Shown here: positions 1 through 9,333 of the stretch, piece by piece
How the letters are laid out: every line of letters starts with the position of its first letter
How positions within the stretch are numbered: position 1 is the stretch's first letter
Assembly: GCA_028023455.1 (NCBI GenBank)
Contig: JAQFVV010000007.1
Coordinates: 6,758,001-6,822,000, forward strand
Length of the DNA: 64,000 nucleotides
Source of the DNA: Epiperipatus broadwayi
Lineage: Eukaryota > Animalia > Onychophora
Direction of reading: 5' to 3'
Made by a program: the position numbers and the translations under genes
Notes under the pieces: generated by a model
What the model was told of the DNA's origin: nothing
Databases searched by the model: none
What the model saw: only the letters and a program-made list of their open reading frames with translations

Positions 1-469
1 TAAATTAAGTGAAAATAAAAATCAGATTCAAATTTATACTGATTTGTGTCTAGGGATGTTGAGACTTGGCCTATGAAAAATAAGCCCTTGAAACCAATTC
101 AGTGAGCCTAGCATTGTCATACTTAATACTTCAGAATTTGGCTACTATATAATACTTTACATTTTAGTTAAATAATAACATAGTAAAGGGTACCTAAATG
201 TTTTTATTCATAATGTAGGAGAAACAAAAAAATTATATATAGAAGACTATTACAACATAAATATGATAAAAATTCACTGATGTATTTACATAAATTAGAA
301 TTAAGGCATGAGTTTGAAAATGATTATGTAAGGATGATACAATTTACAAATAATAAAAGGGATAGAAAAATAAAAGAGGGTATTTATATTAATAAAATTA
401 AGCCAGTATTAAATAAAGATTTGGGCCTTAAAAAATTTTGATACAAAATAAAAAATATTTAATTATATA

Positions 470-1043
470 AAAAATAGGAAGAGGGAGTTTCTAAAAGTAT
501 AAATGTAAAATTTTAAAGAGGGAGCTACTAATAGTATAACTGGAATATTGGGCTTGAGCTAATTTATGTTAATAGGAAGGAAAGCAGTTTACAGTTTAAA
601 CTCAAACAGGATCTTTAGCAACAAAGGAATATACACATAAATGGAAAAATGTGGGTGATTTAGACTGCAAGTTGTGTAAGGAAGGCATAAAAAATATTAG
701 GCATTTTTTAATTGAATGTAAATGCCTGAAAGCAGAAAGGGTACAAATAATGAAGTTATGGAAGAATAAATATAAACAAAGTGATTATATAGAAAATTGG
801 TTATTGGTTTTTATGCTGGGTTTGGGAAAAGATAAGAGGGATTTAGATATAAAGGCTATTAAGTTGACAAATATTATGTTGTAGAAATGGAATGGAGCAG
901 GATAGAGAAGAATATGAGAAAACTTAGGGTGGGAAATGGAAAGTGAAGGTAAAGTGGCTAACAGGTTTCTCTAGGCATAGTGGTTGAGAGATTCCTAATT
1001 CCATATACGGAAAAGTCATAGTGCATCACATCACATCACATCA
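470..1043 (+). mobile_element. 5'-truncated non-LTR retrotransposon, family A, copy 1
   Basis: ORF 651-884 encodes CKLCKEGIKNIRHFLIEC (CX2C..HX4C zinc-binding end of a LINE ORF2). Ends in a (CATCA)n tail at ~1023-1043. Homologous to four other copies in the window. Confidence 0.85.
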
Positions 1044-1750
1044 ATAATTTATTAATATAGTAAACAATAGTAAATATGCATGCATTTTGTTTATTATGAA
1101 TTCTAGAGAATCATATTAATGATCCATGATATTATTCTTCCAAATAAAGTGTACAATAAAGTAATCATTTTCTAATTTACAAATACTTTTATTCAATATA
1201 AATTTCTGCACATGCTCTTTGAAATATCAACTCTAAACATAACTATGAAGTAAATATGAAGATATTTAAAACAATAGTTGCTACAACTCATAATTCATAA
1301 CATATACATTATGAACATAGTTGGTAAGTAGATACTAATGTTATTTACCTGCTGTGACATCCTCCCTCATAAATATCAAATAATTAAATTTTTAAAACTG
1401 AGTAAAGAAACTTAACTATTTGTAAGCCTACAACAATTAAGAATACCAAAATATAGGTGCTAAAACCTTGCATTTTATATGGGTCATTTTATACAGCCTG
1501 TTCAGAATTGTTAATTCAAACTTTTTAATAAGTGAAGTGAAAAATACTATCATACAGGAAAAGCTTTATTATAAAGAAAGATTCAAAAACAGCATCCTGT
1601 ACAGTGAAATTTTTTTTATGAATTCCACATTGGTAAATTTTTAGCAATGTGTTTATTGTATGATTACATTTTTTAAAGCTGAGTAAAAAGCATAGCTATT
1701 TATAAGTTATATATAGAGCTTGCAAATAAGTTCTTAACGAGCTTTGCAGA

Positions 1751-1811
1751 ATATTCCCAGTCTCAGACCGATTTCTGCTACTCGCTTCCTCAGTGAGGTG
1801 CTAGGATATTC
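1751..1811 (-). ncRNA. Type I hammerhead ribozyme motif (core intact, short helix II)
   Basis: Minus strand reads GAATAT-CCTAG-CAC-CTCA CTGAGGA AGCGAGTAGCA GAAA TCGGTC TGAG-A-CTGGG-A-ATATTC: CUGANGA box, GAAA, GUC triplet and a bulged helix I. Confidence 0.75.
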
Positions 1812-2360
1812 AAGCATTAGATTAAAAATACCAGGCCAAGCCCAGCCCTTTATCTAATGGATAACAATTAAGTAGAAAATTTGAATTTTTCAGACATCTA
1901 TGTCTTCAAATCCAGCTATCTAACTTAAATAGCCATATGGGACTGAACCAAGTCCAGATATACCATATATTAATAGCTTTAGCAATATAAAATTGCCAAA
2001 GCCTTAATAGCAAAAAATAAAATTACAAAGGGTTGGAGATATTCTGTAAAACTTGTTAAGAGATTATTTGTGAGCTCTATATATAACATTTGTAATACAA
2101 GCTTGTTAAATTAGGTCATGTGACATATGACTTGACTTCTTTGTAATTTTATTTTTTGCTATTAAGGCTTTGGTGATTTTATATTGCTAAAGCTATTAAT
2201 ATATGGTGCATCTGAACTTGGCTCAGTCCCATATGGCTATTTAAGTTAAATAGCTGGATTTGAAGACAAAAAGATGTTCTGAAAATTTTAGATTTTCTAC
2301 TTAATAGTTATCCATTAGATAAAGTGCTGGGCTTGTCCTGGTATTTTTAATCTAATGCTT

Positions 2361-2416
2361 GAATATCCTAGCACCTCATTGAGGAAGTCAGTAGCAAAAC
2401 TGGTCTGGGAATATTC
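2361..2416 (+). ncRNA. Degenerate hammerhead motif (family B direct arm)
   Basis: TTGAGGA (2379-2385) ... AAAA CTGGTC TGGGAATATTC. C3 and G12 are altered relative to the inverted-arm copy. Confidence 0.55.
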
Positions 2417-2580
2417 TGCAAAGCTTGTTAAGAGCTTATTTACAAGCTCTATATATAACATTTGTAATACAAACTTGTTAAATTATGTCATGTGACATAT
2501 GACTTAATTTCTTTGTAATGCTACTATAAGTCTACAACAATTAAAAATACTGTATATGTACTTATTATATATTTTATCAG

Positions 2581-3820
2581 GTACTTATATATTAGACTAT
2601 TATGCCTTTTCACATCAGTGTTGTTACCACTCATAAATTTTTAACTTTGTGGTCCTGTCAAATAAACCCTGCAATCTCATCAATTAATGTGAACACTGGA
2701 ACTTCTGGCAAACTTGTGTGATAAATTTGTAGACAAAATTAATAAAAACAAATTATCATACCACATAAAAAACAGGTAGTTGTGAGTTTTTGAAATGGCA
2801 ATTTGTGCCATCAAAGCCACCCCCTGCACAAAGTATGCATTCTGCCATTGCAAACATGGCCAGTAATTTTCAAATTTTACTTAAAATTAAAAAATATTAC
2901 ATATATTAACTCTGGCTGAAATTACAAAATGGACACAAAGAAGACAACACTTTTGGTTGCATTCTGGACAATATTAAAAGAATAAATCCATCTCATTGAT
3001 TCTGTTTTAATAAAAGTTTACTAATTTTTTTTTTTACATTTTGATAAAATCTTACTAATTTCTTTTTTGGTTTTTAACAAAATAAATGTAGTTAGACATT
3101 TCTTAATCAAGATCTCAGGCAGCTGTTATATTGCAAAACCATGTGTTTTAACTCTCCATCTTTAATATATCTGAACTAGACATAGATTATTTTGTTATTT
3201 GATCTATTCATTTTTTACTTTTCTGTCATAGTTAATGGACAAAGTAGTTTTTAATTTTTTATTTGCTTTACAATCTATTTTGTAGTTAATATACTTATTA
3301 TCTTTGTAGTTAATATATTTATTTAACAGATTGAATAAATGTAATATTTACATTTTTTATTTTGCTTATCCTAGTACTTTTTTGGTAATTCTGCTTTAGT
3401 GTCAATTTTGTAATTTTATGCCTGAGTTAATATATATAATATTTTTTAATTTTAAGTAAATTTTGGGAAGGGGTGGATGACTTTGATGGCACAAAATGCC
3501 ATTTTAAAACCTCAAGACTACCTGATTTTAATTAGTATCGTAATGTATTTTTATCACTTTTGTGTACAAATTTATATTTTTCAGATTTAGTCTGATGTGA
3601 TTAGTGTTGTATTAGAGCCTCCTTTTTCATAGTCTGTTAATAACTTTCCAAATCTTCCGAAAATGTTGTGAAATAATATGTACACATTGTTTTGACAAAT
3701 TTATCACTTAAGTTTGTCATAAGTTCCTATAAACGTGTTATTTAATGATATCACGAGATCAGAAAATTATCAGTGTTCTGATAAGGATGTGAAAAGATGT
3801 AGCAGACCTAATACATAAAT
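2581..3820. mobile_element. Foldback / long-TIR non-autonomous DNA element
   Basis: ~2581-2945 is an imperfect reverse complement of ~3385-3820 (e.g. AAATGGCAATTTGTGCCATCAAAG vs CTTTGATGGCACAAAATGCCATTT). The right arm has an extra ~110-bp block. No clear TSD. Confidence 0.7.
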
Positions 3821-4535
3821 ACTGTTTATCATTATAATTAAAATCAACTTCCAATGACCTAATACATAAATACCGTTTGGTCAATTCTTATGTATTCCCA
3901 AGCATAAATCATTCGATTATTTCATATATATATATAGCATATAAACAACGTACATAAACAATACATTTATTACAAATGAAAAATACAATTTTAAATTTTG
4001 TATTGAAACTAATAAAATATATTTTAACTTAACTAGTTTAAGCTATTTTCAAAATAAAAAGTATTTTATAAACCTATCATGAAATTTTGTTAGAAAAGAG
4101 GATGAATATAAAAAGTTTTTATTTTTTATTTGTCTGTTTCTATTTTAGCTTGTTAACAGACAATTACATTTTGTTTTTCTTCATTGATAAGATCACTTTA
4201 TCAGTACTCAATCAAGATTTGTAATTACAGTCTCAAATGATCAGGTAGTCCTTGAAAAACGGAATTTTATTTTTAGAAATAAGAAAAAAAATTGTAATTT
4301 AAACTACAATCTTTTATCAATATGTTTCCTTAATTACAAAAATCGTAATGTAAATATAAAGGTGAGATCTCACTGTTCTATACTAAATTGATCATTCAAT
4401 GTCAAAAAATTAAGATTCTGTTTAAATTAAACCAAGAGCATATATTTATATTGATTAAGTAATCTAAATTATATAATTGTTTATACATTTAAAATTAGCT
4501 GGCTGATGATCAGCCATGACAATTTTATAGTTGTA

Positions 4536-4806
4536 ATGTGATGTGATGCACTGTGACTTCTTAAACGGAGTCAGGAATCTCTCAGCATCTATGTCCAGAG
4601 AAACCTGTTAGCCACTTAACCTTCCCTTTCCATTCCCCACCGTAAGTTTCCCCACAATCTGCTCCATCCCACTTCCACAACATAATCTTTGTCAACTCTA
4701 TGGCCTTTATATCTAAATCCCTCTTATCTTTTCCCAAACCCAGCATAAAAAACAATAAACTACTTTCCTTGCTATTATCATAAATTAACTCACACCCTAT
4801 GATCAT
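4536..4806 (-). mobile_element. Family A LINE, copy 2, internally deleted
   Basis: ORF joins ..DNSKESSLLF directly to FMLGLGKDKRD.., so the zinc-knuckle block is missing. Reverse tail ATGTGATGTGATGCAC at 4536. Confidence 0.85.
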
Positions 4807-6015
4807 TTACTTTTATAAAATGAAATTGACTGCAACAACCTCTATTATGATATTCATACTTTTCATTAACAATGACAATATGACTGTTTATTTGCTAAAT
4901 AATAATTTACTCTCATCTTAAATTTTATTCAAATTCACTCAACAATATCAACCACACATTATTAATCTTTAAAAAAAAAAAAACAATTTTGCATTTATAA
5001 TTGACCACCATTATGCAAATTTGGACATATTTCTTCTAATACAGGTCGATTATCATTAATCCAAACACCACTAATTTTTTTTTCTTTTAATATTTGTGAA
5101 TAAATACAGAAGTATGGACTGAGCATATTACTAGAAAAGATGATGATAGATAAATAGTTGAAGTTTTGAACTAGACCTCAACAGATTGTTGGCTGATGAC
5201 ACTTCACGGATGGATTGTGACTCTTCATTGTTCAACCATAGTTGATTTCTGTATCTGATTTAGGTTCTAGAAACTTCCAATCCTGAACATGTATTTGACT
5301 TACTGTCTTAATAGTATAGCAGACAACCAGTGTATTGCTATTTATCTTTGATAGTTGTCTGCTTTTACTTCCAAATGAATTGACTATTTATGGCCAGACC
5401 CCCATTCAGGATGAGAGCAATGGGTTTCAATGGGTATCATCACCTATTGTGCCATTCTTGCCATTGGACATGTTATCTACTGGAATACACTTGGGTTTCA
5501 TTTTATGCGGATTATTTTAATGTGATTTTGAAGTTATGCGATTCATATTTCTTTTTATTATCTTTCATATTTCATTATATTTATTAGATATCAAGAAATT
5601 AAAATTATTAATAACTTATTTTGACTAGAAACACTTTTTTTTTTCAAAAATATAACGTTATATTAGCAGCTAACGTGAATATGGCCAGAAGCTGTATTTA
5701 AAACTTAGCTTCTATGTAAATAACCTATTTATACTAATGAATAAATAATAATAATAGATTTATACTTACATATAAAAATATTGCAATAAATATTCAAAAA
5801 ATTTAAACTTTTAAAATGTATTATGTTATATATAACAGAAATAAATAATCTTTTAGATTTTTAAAAGAAAAAAATGAAGATTTTATAAACTGAAAATAAT
5901 CTTTCTAATGATAATGTTTTGATTGCAATCTCATTTTTTTTAATATAGAAACAGAAAATCATTAACACAGCACAAGACTGAAAATGGCACTAGTTATACA
6001 TCACATCACGAATAA

Positions 6016-6103
6016 AAATAAAGTGGCTTAACAGGTTTTCTGTGCATAATTGCTGAAAGATTCTTGACTTCGTTTAAGAGGCCACAATACATCACATCAC
6101 ATC
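6016..6103 (+). mobile_element. Family A LINE, copy 3 (3' UTR and tail only)
   Basis: AAAGTGGCTTAACAGGTTTTCTGTGCATAATTGCTGAAAGATTCTTGACTTCGTTTAA matches the other copies' 3' ends and is followed by a CATCA tail. Confidence 0.8.
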
Positions 6104-6469
6104 GAATCTGATTTTTTACCAGTTGACAAATGAATGCTAGTGGTAATGATTAAAATATGTATGAAAAATGTAAAATTAAATACTATAGTAATAAAAAAAG
6201 TAAAAAAAGTTTGTTTTCTATTAATATTTTTCAAATATTTGAAAATTTTTATTAGTCATACTTTATTTGCTTATTTTTTTAATGCAAATTTTAAAGTAAT
6301 TTTTCTTTGTTGCTTTGCTTTTATGCGATTTCTGAAAATTACAGCACCTATTCCCCATTTTTCAAGGTAAATTAAGTCTATTTTTGTGCAATTTTTTTTT
6401 AATGTGGGTTTTCTGTAGAACCTATCTATCAGGTGTATAAATTGGTCTATGGTGATAAATGCTCAATCC

Positions 6470-6650
6470 AATTGAGAGAAGATGGAATCTGGACTAGACC
6501 AATATTTGAAGGCAAGATGAAATATAATAAGATTGTAAAAAAAAAAAAACGTAGAAAAAAAAACATATGTGAGATAGATTAATAGAATAAGGAAGTATGC
6601 AGATATGATATGGGGAAAAAAAGGCGATGGGTTAGAGAATCTGTTCTAAA
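6470..6650 (+). mobile_element. Highly decayed RTE-like 3' remnant
   Basis: Purine-rich stretch translating to ..IFEGK.. followed by a K/R-rich segment, as in RTE ORF C-termini. Weak. Confidence 0.3.
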
Positions 6651-7356
6651 TATATAGAGACTTTCAGCATATTGTGAATTGTTTGAAAAATGATGATTAG
6701 TTTGATAACTGTTGCACAAAAAAATTTGTGCTAACATAAATCATAAGCATATATTGTATTTTAAAATGGTATATTATTATTACCACAATGAATTTACACT
6801 CCATTTAACACAGTTGTTTAATTATAACACACACTTCTCATCACAATAAACAATTCAAAATCACAACTCTCCATATACCATCTTGTAACAAGACAACAAT
6901 ATCAAACTTGCATAAACCCATCTATGCCTACTCATCCAATATCCCCAGACTAGTTTCTCTTGTCCTTCATCAGTGAGGAGCCTTATCTGAGAACTCACCT
7001 AGATCTTAATCTAACAACCCTCCACACCCACCTTTAACTCTATTTAACTACAAAACTATGAGAATGAAATTGAAAACACTATTAATATTTTCAATCCAAG
7101 CTCAATAGCTTATATAGTCATATGGTCTGAACTCAATTCAACCCATACATTTTGTGCTTTCTCTTTAACAACCATACCACCACTATCCCATTAGCAGGAT
7201 TGTTAAACCACTAAACATCACATGATCACTATCTCATACTACACAATAATTGTTATAAACAATTCAAAATACACAAAACTCTCCATATATAGTCCATCTT
7301 GTGCTAACAAGACAATCAATGATCCAGACTTGCATAAAATCTATCTATGCCTACTC

Positions 7357-7415
7357 ATCCAATATCCCCAGACTAGTTTCTCTTGTGGCCTTCATCAGTG
7401 AGGAGCCTTGGATCT
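7357..7415 (-). ncRNA. Type I hammerhead motif in array unit 2
   Basis: Minus strand reads ATCCAAGGCTCCTCA CTGATGA AGGCCACAAGA GAAA CTAGTC TGGGGATATTGGAT. Helix II has lost 2 nt. Confidence 0.7.
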
Positions 7416-8831
7416 GAGAGCACTGCACCTAGATCTTAGGATCTAATGCAACCCTCCAGCACCCACCTTTTAACTCTATTTAACTACAAAACTATGAGAA
7501 TGAAATTGAAAACACTATTAATATTTTCAATCCAACTCAATACTATAAGTCATATTCTGAACTCAATCAGTACCCATACATTTTGTGCTTTGCTCTTTAA
7601 CAACCATACCACCACTATCCTATTAGGCAGGATTGGTGAAACCACTAAACATCACTGATCACTATCTCATACTACACAATAATTGTTATAAACAATTCAA
7701 AATACACAAAACTCTCCATATAGTAGATCTTGTCTAACAAGACAATCAATGATCCAGAAGTTCAAAAACCCTATCTAGCCTCTCATCCAATATCCCCAGA
7801 CTAGTTTCTGTTGTCCTTCATCATGAGGAGCTTGGATCTAGAACTCACCTAGATCTTAGGATCTAATGCAACCCTCCAGCACCCACCTTTTAACTCTATT
7901 TAACTACAAAACTATGAGAATGAGGGTGCATAGATCCTAAGATCTAGGTGAGGCTCTCAGATCCAAGCTCCTCACTGATGAACACAACCAGAAATAGTCT
8001 GGGGATATTGGAGAGTAGGCATAGATAGGGATTTTATGCACAACCTTCTATCCATTGATTGCTCTTGTTAGCACAAGATCACTACTATATGGAGAGTTTT
8101 TGTATTTTGAATTGTTTATAACAATTATTGTGCTAGTATGAGATAGTGATCATGTGATGTTTAGTGGTTTAACACCAATCCTGCCTAATAGGATAGTGGT
8201 GGTATGGTTGTTAAAGAGCCAAAGACACCAAAATGTATGACTGAATTGAGTTCAGACCCATATGACTATAGCTATTGACTTGGATTGAAAATATTAATAG
8301 TGTTTTCAATTTCATTCTCAGTTTTGTAGTAAATAGAGTTAAAAGTGGTGCTGGAGGGTGCATTAGATCCTAAGATCTAGTGCAGTGCTCTCAGATCCAA
8401 GCTCCTCACTGAGAAGGCACAACAGAAACTAGTCTGGGGATATTGGATGAGTAGGCACTAGATAGGGATTTTATCACAACCTTCTCATCCATTGATTGCT
8501 CTTGTTACACAAGATCACTACTATATGGAGAGTTTTGTATTTTAATTGTTTATAACAATTATTGTGTAGTATGAGATAGTGATCATGTGATGTTTAGTGG
8601 TTTAACACCAATCCTGCCTAATAGGATAGTGGTGGCTATGGTTGTTAAAGAGCCAAAGACACCAAATGTATGGTACTGAATTGAGTTCAGACCCATATGA
8701 CTATATCTTATTGACTTGGATTGAAAATATTAATAGTGTTTTCAATTTCATTCTCATAGTTTTGTAGTTAAATAGAGTTAAAAGGTGGGTGTGGAGGGTG
8801 CATTAGATCCTAAGATCTAGGAGTGCTCTCA

Positions 8832-8885
8832 GATCCAAGCCTCACTGATGAAGGCCACAAGCCAGAAATAGTCTGGGGAATTGAT
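8832..8885 (+). ncRNA. Type I hammerhead motif in array unit 6
   Basis: CTGATGA A-GGC-CACAA-GCC-A GAAA TAGTC TGGGG. Full helix II; one C is missing in helix III. Confidence 0.7.
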
Positions 8886-9274
8886 GAGTAGGCACTAGAT
8901 AGGGATTTTATCACAACCTTCTCATCCATTGATTCTCTTGTTAGCACAAGATGGCACTACTATATGGAGAGTTTTGTTGTATTTTGAATTGTTTATACAA
9001 TTATTGTGCTAGTATGAGATAGTGATCATGTGATGTTTAGTGGTTTAACACCAACCTCCTAATAGATAGTGGGGCATGGTTGTTAAAGACCAAAGACACC
9101 AAATGTATGGGTACTGAATTGAGTTCAGACCCATATGACTATATAAGCTATTGAGCTTGGATTGAAAATATTAATAGTGTTTTCAATTTCATTCTCATAG
9201 TTTTGTAGTTAAATAGAGTTAAAAGGTGGGTGCTGGAGGGTTGCATTAGATCCTAAGATCTAGGCAGTGCTCTC

Positions 9275-9333
9275 GATCCAAGGCTCCTCACTGATGAAGG
9301 CCACAACCAGAAACTAGTCTGGGGATATTGATG
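9275..9333 (+). ncRNA. Type I hammerhead motif in array unit 7 (most intact in the array)
   Basis: GATCCAAGGCTCCTCA CTGATGA AGGCCACAACCA GAAA CTAGTC TGGGGATATTG. Helix I is TCCTCA/TGGGGA, helix III is the palindrome ACTAGT, and the predicted cut follows GUC at 9319. Confidence 0.8.

Larger units (their letters stand above)
1707..2519 (+). mobile_element. HHR-bearing non-autonomous retroelement, family B (inverted arm + 1.3 monomers of a 372-nt unit)
   Basis: Arm 1707-2030 is the reverse complement of 2139-2459. Spacer 2031-2147 is a direct repeat of 2403-2519 (period 372). Imperfect TSD GCTATTTATAAG (1695-1706) / GCTACTATAAG (2520-2530). Confidence 0.85.

Noticed and set aside
4501-4515. CTGATGA at 4503
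   Set aside because: Part of a small palindrome (GGCTGAT-G-ATCAGCC) with no GAAA or helices downstream.
5190-5230. CTGATGA at 5193 followed by CAC...GTG
   Set aside because: No GAAA box or helix I.
7878-7935. Array inversion as a fold-back chimeric-read artefact
   Set aside because: The two outer flanks are different sequences and share a 13-bp direct TSD, which a read fold-back would not create. Not fully excluded without raw reads.
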